From NCBI GenBank assembly GCA_964188305.1, contig OZ076892.1: DNA of 64,000 nucleotides; one strand, written 5' to 3'. This document shows, in pieces, positions 37,372 to 50,010 of this stretch. The first letter of the stretch is position 1. Each line of letters starts with the position of its first letter. The notes below the pieces were generated by a model, which was not told the origin of the DNA, made no database searches, and worked only from the letters and a program-made list of their open reading frames with translations. The position numbers and the translations under genes were made by a program. The stretch is from Podarcis bocagei (taxonomy: Eukaryota).

Positions 37372-40300
37372 GGCTGTTACAATTAAGGCTGATGTTAGCA
37401 TGGCAAAGTTTCTTTCTTTGTAATATTTCTGTGCTGGTATACAGAGGCTGTTCTTAAGTCAGTAAACTGAACAAAAGGCAATAACCTTTCCTTCATTACC
37501 TAAGCATTATTGTTTCTGAAAGCTGTCCTTATAATGATGGGAAACATGGTGGGAAATGGAAGGTCCCCTTTGGAGGTCTTACAGCAGAGTGTTGGAGGCC
37601 CCCTGAGGTGGCATTTCCAGAGCTCTCTAGTGGAGCCTGAGAAAAGGGTCTGCAGGGACAGGAGCCACCTGCTCTTCCGAGGGCTGCCTGCAGGTGGCAA
37701 CAAAGCCCCAGAGCTGACTGCCTGGGGTTACTGTGTCCTGCCAGATCGCCACCACATTTGGCTTGAGCCAAACATCTGTGTGACTTTCAGAGGGTAATTT
37801 GAAATCATTTCAACAAGGTGAGCATATTCCTAACAGGGAGTGGGCCTTTCCACATCTGTATTAAAACCCAGTACAGTCTGGCATAAAACCTTTTTGGCAT
37901 CAGCTGATGAAGGGGACCATGAAAATCCCCACCCCTAAATTCTTTTTTTGCTAATCATATCAAAGCTAACTGCACCAAAATTCTAAAATGAAGCAAAAAC
38001 AAAACTGGATAATGCTAAATAGCAATGATATTTTAGTAATTTTACTATTTATATGTCACCGGTGTTGCTGGGCATCCAGACCCCTCTTGCTCCACGATGG
38101 GCTTTTCTGAAGGGGCTGAAGCCAGTCATCTATCTTTCGCACATAATGGGACACTTGGCGTTCCACGGATCCTTGAAGCCAAAGGAAGCCTGCTCAGCCC
38201 TGCTTGGGCTGCATCCGCACCTCCTCGCTCTTCCCTGTGTATGTTTTTTAAAAGAAGTGTTTTGTGCTCCCGTGGTTCACTCTGCCATGTGTTGAAGCGC
38301 CTGCCTGCTTTGGCCCCAATCCTGTTGGCACTCAGCCACCACAGTTTGCTATTAGGATGAAGAGGATGGTGACTGTAAAACTGGTAGCTTGGAAGCTGGC
38401 TTGGGTACTTAAATCCAATTTAACAGAGTGAGTAACAATAGCTTCTTGATGAATGGAAGTTTCCGATACTTTGGAAGTTGCCGTCCTGGGCTGATTCCCG
38501 GGAAAGTCTGCCAGAGAGGATCCCTCATGCCCAGTGATGAGGCTCATGATTCACGAAGGAGATTGCTATGTAGAAATTGATTGACAAGAGGAAAAGCTAG
38601 TCTCCCTCTGCCACCTTTGGATGTGGCTCTGAAGCTGCTGCTGCCACCTTCTGAGTGTTGGATGTGCCCTCCCTCCTCCACACACTGCAGGGAAAGAATA
38701 GAGAGGGCACCACCTTGGCTGTGGGCAGCATGGCGGAGAGCCAGAGCTGGCCTAAGCAGCCCCGACAGACAAATTGGGAGCCCCCAGGAGAAGCCTTTGT
38801 TGTCTTTCAATGCTGGTGTTCAGCTCTGGGTTCTCCCTCTGCGTCACTGAGCCTATCCCCTTGATTGTTCCACCCTCAAATCTTGCTGCCTCGAGCGACG
38901 GTTTCACCTCTTGCACCATAATGCATGCCTAGGGGGGTGCCACTGCTGCTCCCCCGGCAAGTCAGCAGTAAGACACAGGCACTGGGGTAGGATTTCTGGG
39001 AAAGGAGGAAGAGGACAGAGAAGCTTGAGCATGGGGCATGTGGAGCCTGAGGTGTCCTGTGCTGTTGAGGGCTTTACTAGGGACACACAGGATTTTTGAC
39101 CCCCACCACAAAGCAGCAAATCAGAAAGGGGGACCAGGAATGGCAAGGATGTCTCCTCCGCCCACCTGCTTGACGGCTGCTCCCTGCCCTGGAGGAGCTG
39201 CAGCCAGACGGGCTGGGGAGGGGTCTTTGGGGGAGAGTGGGGGCCAGTTCAGGCTCTGGCACTCCTAGGCAGGTGGTATGAAGGAGGAGCTGGAGCAAAA
39301 ACAAAGGGGGAGGAAGACCCTGTCTGGTGGGGGTGCAGAGGGTGCAGTTCCTCCAACAAAAGTAACTCTTCTATCATCTGGCCCCCAACCAGAGAGAGCC
39401 TGCTGCTCCTCTGAGACTGGTGGGAGGTTTTATCATGTTTTTATGCCACACTGAATCTTCCTTTAGTTGATTGCTTTTTTTGCAGCAGACAGCGAACGCA
39501 GGATGAGCAGACAAGAGAAGAAGGACGAGGGGCCCTCTCTCCTGTTCCTTGTCTTCAACTGGCACCTGCTCCCCGAGCCGAGCTCTTGGGCTTATGCTGT
39601 TCTTTTCGTCGCATTTATTGAATTCATTCTCAGTGTTCTACCAAAGGCTCAGAACTGGAGCTGTCATCTGATTCAAGAAATATCATTAGTTAATCATATG
39701 ATCTTTGTGCCTTATTACATTTGTATAAATAAAACCAAGCATTCTAACAGTACATTTCCCAGTTGCCTAAGATCCAGCATGTCTTACGGACAGGTTTCCA
39801 AGGTTCTGGCACAGGTCACATGCCCATATGACATCAATCATTCGAGCCCCCACCCCGATGAAGCAGCCCACTCTTCAGCTTGCCTGGCCAAATAAGCCAC
39901 TTCAAAGAAACAAATTAATCAGGAGCTTCCATGACTCTCAAGGCAAATGACAGCTTAAGGCTGGAACCTTCTCATGCAGAGAGAATAAAAATGTCATTGC
40001 AGGAGAAACCTAGTGGGCGAGAGAGGCTGGGTTATGTCAGCCCATATAGCCAGGAGCAGGAACACAGAGGGAGGAGCTCACAACAACCCTGCAGTGTGGC
40101 CCTCTGTTGTTATCTGTTGCTGTTTTTTTTAAGGGAAAAATGGCTGAGGGGCTGTTAAGTAGCTTGTTGGTGAAACATGGGGAGAGCCATTCAGCTGGGT
40201 TGGTGGGTGGGTGGGTGTTTGCTGGTATGAACATTTTATTTTGCCTTTGGTTTTCAGCAATTTTTTTTGTTGCAATCTCTTTCCAAAGTACAAATAAAGC

Positions 40301-41744
40301 AAAATCATTTCAAGTTCCGCACCTCAAAGATATGAGATGATGTACAAACAGAGCCAAACATACAAACCACAAGCTAAATACATGCAAATAAAACTCAAAA
40401 TTGCCAAACCAACAAAAATAGCAAATATACTAATGGCAACAGCAGGTGCGAGGGTTTCAGTGGGAATGATCTCGGGGATAAAAAGTCATTAGGGAGGCAG
40501 TTCAGGTGAGCACCTGTTCTCTGTATAGTAGGAACGCCATGAGTGAGTATGTTCGTGCCAAAGGCTCAAATCCGTTATGCTCAAAAAAGGAAAAGGGCAG
40601 TTCTTTGACCCATGCTGATAACATGGCAATAGTTATTATATAACTTCAGGCGCCAGGCGAAAACCTTTATAACCAGGCCTTCCTTGGGCTGATTAAACAT
40701 TCTGTGACCTTTTATATGTGCTTGTAGGCGGATGGGTCATTATGTATTTTGTGTTTCCATTTTGTATTTTTTATGTTGTGAACTGTCCTGTGATCTTTGG
40801 ATGATAATAACAGGTATAACAAAATAGGTACCCCAAAAGCTATTTTGAGCAATTAATTTATTCATGTGTGGGTGTTTGGAGCTTGTCATGCTCTTTCCCC
40901 TCAGGATCCCAGTCCCAAGTCCCACAGGTAGCCTTGCGCTCAGTGGAGAATTGCCAGCCTAACATCAGCTGCTGAGAGAGCTCCAGGAACAGAAGAGTTT
41001 GGCAATTCCTGAAGCTTGAGTTCCTTGCCTGGTTCAGGGTTCGCCTTCAAGGAGAGCAGGATTCCTGTGCCATTGACAGTTGGTGTGGCTTGCAGAAATT
41101 CAACAGGTTAACCCTTTTCTTTATGGAAACATGGTTATGGGGAAAGCTTCAGCTGTGGACATTCTGTCTGTCAGGCATTTTAATACTCATGGGTGGCTCT
41201 TGACTTGTGTTTTCCCAACCCTACCTCAAAAAAATCCAAACAGGTATCAAAGGTCGCCTGACCTGGTGCTGATTCTACTTCTAAATGTCCATTCATACAT
41301 CTAAATTAGCCTATGCAAATTGTATGTATTACGGGTGCAGCAGAGGGTACAATCCTCATGCAAAGTACTGTGCTTAAAAAATATTGTCTCCCCCCCCCCA
41401 AAAAAAAAAAAATCCATGGAACAGGAATCCTATGAGCATACTTTTGCTCCATCAAAATGAGATGGAATCTCATTTCTCCTAGATTTGTTGGCGTCTCAAA
41501 CCGGCTAAGCAGGGAAATGGCATTAGCTTCTCCTTATTGACCACTCAGTTGACTGGGAAGTTTATTCTTCTCAGGGAGAGGCAAGATACCAAACTCATTT
41601 TTGGGGGGAAGGGGTATGGATGAAGTCTAGGAGGAATTGTGAAAAGGGGATCCTGTGCCAAGCATCCTTGCCCACCCCCTTGCTGAATGGCTTTGTAGCC
41701 ACTGGTTCTTTGCTGCTGGTGACCAAAGCTTTCTTTACCATCAT

Positions 41745-41920
41745 AATGGCTAGAAGCTTGATTTTAAGGGGAACTGTCTCCCTCCAGAGGTTGTGGACAC
41801 TCCTTCCTTGAAGGTTTTTAAGCAGAGGATGGATGGCCATCTGTCATGCTTCAGCTGAGATTACTCCTGCATTGCAGGGGGCTGGAAGATGACCCTTGGT
41901 GTCCCTTCCAGTTCTATGGG
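41745..41920 (+). mobile_element. CR1 LINE 3' fragment
   Basis: GGACACTCCTTCCTTGAAGGTTTTTAAGCAGAGGATGGATGGCCATCTG..CCTGCATTGCAGGGGGCTGG..TCCCTTCCAGTTCTATG. Confidence 0.8.
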
Positions 41921-43919
41921 TCTAAGTGGAGATTCACTAGAACAGCCCTACTCAAAGTACTGGTCCATGGGCCTGTGTCAGACCAAAAACCAACAGTTGC
42001 TGGTCCATGGCAACTCCACCACATCCCAGGTTGGGTGGGATGCTTCAGGGACCAAATTTGATGCCAGTCACTGCCACATTGTATATGTGTATGGATATTC
42101 CTGCCTGCCATCCCCAACATCAGAGAGCTTGAGAAGCCCTGCTTTGGAATACACATGTGAGGGCAGCAGCAGCAGAAGAAGCAGCAGCAGGAGGAGGGAT
42201 TTGGTCTTACCTAGAATGTGGTACGTGCAGAAGCCGAGGACGTGTGAGACTTTGACCTTGAGCAAGTGTTTCCAAGAGAAACAGCCGGAATGAGCTTTTT
42301 CCCCTTTGGCGTTTTAGTAAGTCTAACTGGTTTTGAGGATAACACTCTCCCCCCCCCCAACAGAGGGGCATGTTTTGTAAACAGCTGCTGGTGCCAAAAG
42401 AGGACGGCTGAAGGAGAGCAGAGCCTCCTCATGGGACATTTGTCAAAAAGGGGCAGAGAAGATGCTGGTGGAGGAGGAGACCTCTTGGGGCCGGATTAGT
42501 CTGCCTGAAGGAGGCAGCAGGGATGTGGGGAGGTGCATCCCAGGCACAGGGATGGGGTGGGGGGGACAAGGACCCTCCTGGCTGCTCACTGGCCTGTGTT
42601 GACCTTTTTCTTGGCACATGAAAAAACCAGGCCTGACTGGATCTGGGGAGGACAGTTTACACTCTGCACTAACATAGACATGCTGTATTTTGCACCCAAA
42701 TAACTCCCCCCTTTGGTACCAAACAAAACTGCCTCTTGTATAGATTTGTTTATACTGCAACATTCCGGTGTTTGAACGATGGAGGGGAAAGGGGTGAGTG
42801 ATACACTGTGTTGAACAGTGGGGCTATACGTGCAAAGCCTTCCCTGGGAGTAAGGCCCACTGAATCCAATGTGAATGACTCATGAGAAAAAGTGGTTAGG
42901 ATTCAGGCAGATGGAGGCTTTGGCCCACCTCCAGAGAGCCGGAGGAAGTCTTGCTGAGTTCCATAGGACAGATTTTCCAGCTAATGGCATAAATAATTCT
43001 CCGGGTGAGAAACTTTGTTGGAGTTTGTAGATAATGAAGCTGGTTTGCGGCCCAGACAGCCAGAAAGTGCTGTAGACCAGGCTGAACTTCCCCTGGTGAA
43101 ACAAACTGTGAATCAAACTGAAGGTCAGACAAAGGATTTCAAGGTGATTGAGTGAGCCTTGGAGTACTGGGTGCTGCAAAATGATTGGTCCAGTGGAGCC
43201 TGGGTATCCCGCAGCTCAGGGCAACATTCTAAAAGTGAAAAGCACCAAGGAATGCTCAAATGGAAAGTATAAACTGGCTGACCCAGTTAAAAAAAATGAA
43301 AAAGAGGCATAAAATGACCTGCACTTTGACACAGTGACAGAACGTCACACTTGCCAGAGTGGCGCTAGGCAGCACTGATTCCCACAGGTATTTCCCCATC
43401 ACTGAGCCAGGGTGGTGGTTTGGAATCCCCCCCCCTTCAGGCAGCCCATTCCCCATTGATCTCCCTCCACACCCAGCCCACCCTAGAACTGGCTGACCTT
43501 GCAGCTCTTGAGCAGCCCAGATCATTAGGTTCACATGTGTTTGTGTATGTGTATGTGAAGGAGCTTTGTGTTCCTGTCTTCTATGTTTATATAGGGCTCT
43601 GTGCTTCTCCGTGTGTCTGTATGTGAGAGGTCCATTGCTGGTCCCTTGCCTGGAGCACACAAAAACCTGGAGGTGGCTTTGCTCCAGGGTGGTACAGAAG
43701 ATTCTGAAGCTCTTTGAGCCTGGCCCATTCTCTCCATCCCCAACCTCACCTTCTCCTCCTGTTGCGAGTCTGTGAAAACATGGGCTGTTTCCATGTGTGA
43801 TGCTAGAAAGCCTTTGTGAGTGTTTCTTCAGCCATTGGTGCTGCCACACAGAATTACAGTTGACATCAAAAGAGCCAAACTTCTTATTCTTATTCTTCTA
43901 GATAGACGATCAGTGATAT

Positions 43920-44270
43920 AGAGCTGAGGTAAGGAACCTTCACTCCAGCAGCCAAATATGTTCCTCCAGGCATCTCGTCTGGCCCTTGAGACTCCTCTCA
44001 AGCCACACCTCTCAGCAGCCCTACTTCATGCCATTCTTGAGAGGTTTTGCCTGGGTGGAATATGCCCTTTGAAAGCTGATAACACTTCTTAGTTGCCTGA
44101 GTGGAGGATAGAGATGGGGAGAGTGGGTTTGAAAGTATACAAACATAAAATTTGCATTCATTTACTTGCTCACTTTTGCCTCGAGCCTCATCCACCCCTG
44201 GCATGTGGCCCTCAGAAAGTTGTCCTGATGGGAATGCAGCCCCAGGCCTGATCAAGTTTGCCCACCCTGC
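43920..44270. mobile_element. Degenerate hAT-like non-autonomous DNA transposon
   Basis: Ends resemble CAGGGGT.GGGAACC.. / ..TTTGCCCACCCTG, with an internal ATGTGGCCCTC motif; diverged. Confidence 0.45.
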
Positions 44271-44279
44271 TACAGAAGA

Positions 44280-45330
44280 ACAAGTCTTGTTGAAACAGAA
44301 CCAGCATGGCTTCTGCAAGGGTAAGTTATCTGAGAGTGTCAACAAGCATATAGACCAAGGTGGTCCACTTTGACATTGTGTAAGACTTTCAAAAAGGTCC
44401 TTACCAAAGGCTCCCAGGTAAGCTTAGCAGTCATCGAATATGAGGCAAGGGCCTCTTGCAGATCATGAATTAGTTAAGTTGCAGGAAACAAAGAGTAGGA
44501 ATAAATGGACAGTTCTGATGGTGAGATGGAGAAAGTAGGGTCCCCCAAGGATTGGTATTGGAATCTGTGCTTTTTAACTTGTTCATAAATGATCTAGAGT
44601 TAGGAGCGAGCAGTGAGCAGGTAGCCAGGTTTGCTGATGATACTAACTTTTCAAGGGTCATTAAAACAATAAGAGATTGTGAAGAGCTCCAAAGGGATCT
44701 CTCCAAACTGATTGAAAGGGCAGTAAAATGGCGAAGGTAATTCATTGTAAGCAAATGTCAAGTGATGCACACTGGGGCAAAAAATATTAATTTAAGACAG
44801 ACACTCATGGGGTCTGAACTTGTGGTGACTGGCCAGGAATGGGAATTTAGGGGCATGGGCATGGGCAGGGGGCTAGTTGCCCTTCCCGAAATCAAGTAAA
44901 TAAATAAAAATACTTAACTGACTGACCAATCGCATTGCAGATAGCTTGGTTCTGCCCCCCCCCCAAGTCCTGCTTCCCCCAACATAAATCCTGGCTACAC
45001 CTATGTTTGGGGTCATTGTGGATATCTCTAATATGTTGACCTAGAGTGCGGTATTTGTGAGAAATGTGAATTTCATGCTAGGCATCATTCGGAAAGGAAG
45101 TGAAAACAGAACTGTTGATATAATACAAATTGATGATGCGACAGCATCTGGAATAATGTGCACTATACTTCAAAAAGGATACTGTAGAATTGGAAAAGTT
45201 CTATAAAAGGGCAACCAAAGTGAACAAGGAATGAATCCTCTATGAGGAATGATTGCAGCATTTTGGGATAAGATGATAGAGATGTATAGTATTATGCATA
45301 GTGTGGAGAAAAGGGAGAGGGTTTTTTGAA
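44280..45330 (+). mobile_element. Decayed CR1 reverse-transcriptase fragments, interrupted at ~44854-45005 by a small insertion
   Basis: LKQNQHGFCKG; GVPQG..VLFNLFINDLE..RFADDT motif; multiple stops and deletions. Confidence 0.85.
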
Positions 45331-46867
45331 TGTGGGAGAAACTGAAATAGCTGTCAAGTGAAGACATCTACATCCCCTGCACCTACCCTTAATAAACATT
45401 TTTACCACTTTTGCGAGCAGGTCTTCTGCCTCTAGAGAAGAAAGGGCCCCTTTTTGACGTGGCATTGCATTCTTAGATTCATAAAGGAGCCCAGAATATA
45501 CCCAACACCCACTTATGAACTGGTGCACCTATGTTTGGGGGCATGACCCCCTTCCTTGGCGGTGCTGCTCTTTTACATCTCGCCTCGGCTAAAGTCAAGC
45601 CACTCTCAACTCCCTGGAGCTTTTCAGCATCACCACGCCCCAGAAAAACCACTCCGTCCAGTTTGCTGCCACTCAGCAAAGGTGCTGGTGTTTGGGCTGG
45701 TTGTGAAATATGTTTTTCTCGCCCACCCCCCTCTCCACGTCCACCCGCACTGCTACCACCAGCACTGCAAAATGGAGTTTGTTTTTGTTACAGAGTTGTG
45801 TGTGAGGACGGGGCAAACCTCACGTCCCAGTGCCTGGGTGGTCCTCCACTGCCCCAGGCTCCAAAGCCAGCACGTTGCCCTTCAGGAAGAGAAGGGAGCT
45901 GGGCCCTTGCAGCAGGGGCCCTGTGGCACAGCTCTGGCACACTGCCTTGCCAACGGGTGTTGATCCTGGCACACAGCGGAGTCTCTCCTAATCCCATGTG
46001 CCGCAGAGGACAGAGGGTCACGTTTTGGCACAGGTTGTGTTGTGAGCCCCAGGGTTTCTTAGATTGGGGCTGGTGTACCCACAGGCTATGAAATGGGCCT
46101 GGACACGTGGGTCTGGATGGCTCTCCCTTGATGAATTACTGGAAAGTGCTCTGAGTTTAAAAATGATGTCAACGTCTCTTCCCATGCAATTAGATCTGCC
46201 TGTGTTGCCTATTACTTACCGGGACTGGATATTAGGGGCAAGTGCCAGCCACACTACTTGGTTCAGACCCCAGTTCAGTGCTTTAGAAAAGAGCAAGATT
46301 TGGCCCAAGGTACTTCAGAGATCAAGGTCCGAATACAAATCCTGACCTGGAAAACGGGTGAAATTTGCAGGGATATTAGCCCCTGCTCGGTTGATAGTAA
46401 CTGCCTGATTATAGTCAAATATGCCCACGGTTTTTATGTTGGACACCTTAAAGTTTTAGTAGGAAGTTTTAAAATGCTTTTAAATATTTTGCATTGTTGT
46501 TACTGCTTTTTGTTGTTTGCTGCTGTGAGAGGAAGTGCAGGCTCAAAAGCTAATTCTTAATCATTAATATTCATAATATCCCCCCCCAAAAAAAACCTCC
46601 TGTCTTTAACTTTTTTTATTTGTTGGCACGATTGAATGAAATTTGAAGGCATGGTTGCCCTTTCTGAGGGGGTGAATTGTGCCAACTTTCAGAAAGATGT
46701 TGGTAGCATTTTTTTCTGCAATGGCAACCTTACAAATTTGTAGTAAAAAAAAAATAAAAATTCCTTTAATCACCTGTGTTGTTTTATAGGCAATATGTAT
46801 AAAAACAGCATAAACAAGAGACCTGTTCCTTGGTAAGAAACCTGCCAAATTACAGGCACCTCTTATA

Positions 46868-47134
46868 CAGTGGTACTGTACTTTAGTACTTATACAGTAT
46901 TTGGTACTTATACAGTGGCTTGGCTCCCAAACAAATCAGCTCCCAAACGCTGCAAACCAGAAGGAAGTGTTCCAGTTTGCTAACATTTTTCGGAAGCTGA
47001 ACGTCCAATGCCTCTTCCACTTGAGTGCAGGAAGCTCCTGCAGCCAATCAGAAGCCGCTCCTTGGTTTTTGAACAGTTTCAGGAGTCGAACGGATTCTCG
47101 GAATGGATTAAGTTCAAGAACCAAGGTACCACTG
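46868..47134. mobile_element. Tc1/mariner (Tigger-like) MITE with a rearranged left end
   Basis: TA flanks; TIRs CAGTGGTAC / GGTACCACTG. Confidence 0.8.
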
Positions 47135-48162
47135 TAGTTGACTTTTGGTGGGGAAGGTAGGGAGAACTAAAAGGCATTTAATGCTCTTTCTGTGGCTTTT
47201 GGGGCTATGATTTTATCAGGAAAAATTATATTGATTCATTGATCATTGATCTTCTGCACACACCTTCCAGGATAAAGGAAGCACCTCTCACCAGTTTCTA
47301 GACAGTTCCATGGATGGTCATCCCCTTTCCAGGAATAACTCTTTGGTGCTGGTTGTTACCTAATAAAATGGACTTCCAAATTTGGCTTTCAGACAGTTTC
47401 TGGTGGTGTCATTTATCAAGCAGTATTCTCTGTTGACTAGCAAATATTGCCAGAGTCCCAATGCCAGGGAATCAAGTGCCAGATAACCTTGTGTGCCAAC
47501 TATCAAATTCTCAGATATACAGAAAGAAGTGTCATTGGATGCTGAATTATGAAATATGTAAAGGTAGACAGATTCTTGGAGAACTGTGTGTTTGATCCTT
47601 GACCTTCATGACAGATTAAGATTGACAAATCACAGAATCTCTGAGGGGCAGGGCATGTAGGCCACTTGGGAATTCAACACACACACACAAACATACATAC
47701 TGATACTCAGCGCAAGAGGCGGGGACTGAAGCATCCATCCCCATCAGATCAAAGAGGGGCTGCCTAGCCTCTGCTTGAAGGCAGCCAACCAAGGAGAGCC
47801 TACATGTTCTCCCCCATGAAATTGGTGCCCATGTCCAACGGCTCTTCCCAGCAAGCAGTTCTGCCTAACGTTCAACCAACATCTACCCTTCAGCAGAGGC
47901 AGAGCTAGCTGCTCTGGCACCCAGAGCGGCACACATGCTGTGCACCTGGGGGTGAGCGGGGTGAGAGTCCCAGGGGGGGTGCTGCCCACAGCGAGTGGCA
48001 AGCATCCCAGGGGGGCACCGCCCATGGTGAGCGTCCCAGGGGGCAGGGCGACAATGTCAGCCCCCTCAGGGATGACATTTGGGGCAGACTGCACCTATCA
48101 CACACCCCTTCCTCCACCAGTGCCCTTCAGCTCATGGGATCTAGACCCTGCCTTCCCTCTGG

Positions 48163-48192
48163 AGCAGCAGCAGCAGCAACAACAACAACAAC
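48163..48192. repeat. (CAG)n(CAA)n microsatellite
   Basis: Direct observation. Confidence 0.9.
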
Positions 48193-48952
48193 AGAGAACA
48201 AGCCTTTTCCCTCTTTGATGTGATCTTCAGAGATTTGACAAGTTCAGTATGATCTATCTGGACAACTGAGTTCCTCAGTGCTTCACTGTGAAAAAGCATG
48301 TGCTCCATCCAGGCTCAAAGGAGCAAGCAGGGTACCCTTTCCAGAACAGAAAGCCACATATGGGATCATACAATTTCAATAATGAACATCCTCCTCCTCC
48401 TCTTCCTTCATCGTCTACATTTTTTTTTTGCAAAATATGCAGACACACACAGAGAGACATACCAGATCCATACACCACAGTACAAGGGGAAACATCCAGT
48501 TTACTAAGCAAGTAACTTCCTCCAAGGTCTGTTGTGATGGCCAACAGATTAGGAAGCAGAGAGTGGCAGATGGAATACCTATGGCAACATTTTCAGACCA
48601 AAGGGATGAGACCCAAGGAGTGGGGACTGGGGGCTGCAGTCACATGCTCAATTTGCATGTTTGTATTATTAGCCGCTTTGATTTGTTTGCAGAAAATAAA
48701 AAGTTCAAGTTCATAGAATCATAGAAGCGTAGAGTTGGATGGGATCCCAAGGGTCATCTGGTCTAAACCCCTGAAATGCAGGAATCTTAACTAAAGCATC
48801 CAAGTTGCACACTATGTCCACAGCATTCCCCTGATCCACCATGATTGTAACAGCATCACAAAAAGAAATGAGATTTGTCTGGCATGACTTGTTTTTGAGA
48901 AACCCATGTTGGGTCTTAGTAATCACAGGATCCTTTTCTAAGTACTCACATA

Positions 48953-49306
48953 GGTAAAGGTAAAGGGACCCCTGACCATTAGGTCCAGTCATGGCCGACT
49001 CTGGGGTTGCGGCGCTCATCTCGCTTTATTGGCCAAGGGAGCCCGCGTACAGCTTCTGGGTCATGTGGCCAGCATGACTAAGCTGCTTCTGGCGAACCAG
49101 AGCAGCACACGGAAACACCGTTTACCTTCCCGCCAGAGCGGTACCTATTTATCTACTTACACTTTGACGTGCTTTCGAACTGCTAGGTTGGCAGGAGCAG
49201 GGACCGAGCAACAGGAGCTCACCCCATCGCGGGGGTTCAAACTGCCGACCTTCTGATCGGCAAGTCCTAGGCTCTGTGGTTTAACCCAGAGCACCACCTG
49301 CGTCCC
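48953..49306 (-). mobile_element. Full-length Sauria SINE with 15-bp TSD
   Basis: Head GGGACGCAGGTGGTGCTCTGGGTTAAACC.. and (ACCTTT)n tail on the minus strand; perfect TSD CTAAGTACTCACATA at 48938-48952 and 49307-49321. Confidence 0.93.
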
Positions 49307-50010
49307 CTAAGTACTCACATACCAACTGTTTAATCATCTGTTCTAGGACCTTTCTTGGTATTGATGTCAAGCTGACTGGTTCTTCTTTCTCCCCTTTTTG
49401 AAGATGGGGGCAAGATTCGCCTACTTCCAGTCTGCAGGAACATCATCAGTTCTCCAAGAATCCTCATAGATTATAGGCAGAGGCTCTGAGATTACATCCG
49501 CAAGCTCCTTTAGTACCTTTGGATGCAGCTCGTCAGGCCCTGGAGATTTGAATTCATAGTAGCTATGTGCTCCCTTACCACCTCTTTTTCTATCTTGGGC
49601 TGCAGCTCCCACCTTGCATTGCTTATTTTGTTATCACCAGGTTGGGCACTGCTTTCCTTCTGAGTGAAGTAGGTGTTGAGCAGTTCTGCCTTCTCTTTGT
49701 CACCCAGTAGCAATTCTCCATCTTCTCCACGTAGAGGACCTAATACTTGCCTGTTTTTCCCCTGGCTTTGAACATAGCCGAATAAACCTGTTTTATTATT
49801 TTAACCTCTTAAGCTCATTTTGAGCTTTAGCCAGCCTGGCCTTCTCTCTGTAACTATTGGCTACTTGTGTATTCCCTTCCTTCGTGATCTCTCCTTTCTT
49901 CGTTTTCTTATACATGCCCTTCTTATTTCTCAGCTCATCTGTAAGTTCTTACACAGCCACACTTTTTTAAAGGTAATTCCCACTTTTCTTTCTTGTTGGA
50001 ATTGTCTGCA

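Noticed and set aside
39467-39895. NAGNAG acceptor at 39485 in phase with FHOD1 exon 21, with a hydrophobic ORF and AATAAA (39728-39733), as an alternative last exon
   Set aside because: The ORF runs past the poly(A) signal, lies downstream of the main poly(A) site and has no recognisable homology.
42211-43092. Faint resemblance of the minus-strand peptide to a KCTD-type BTB domain (a KCTD19 remnant?)
   Set aside because: Only scattered residues match; I cannot support a gene name without a profile search.
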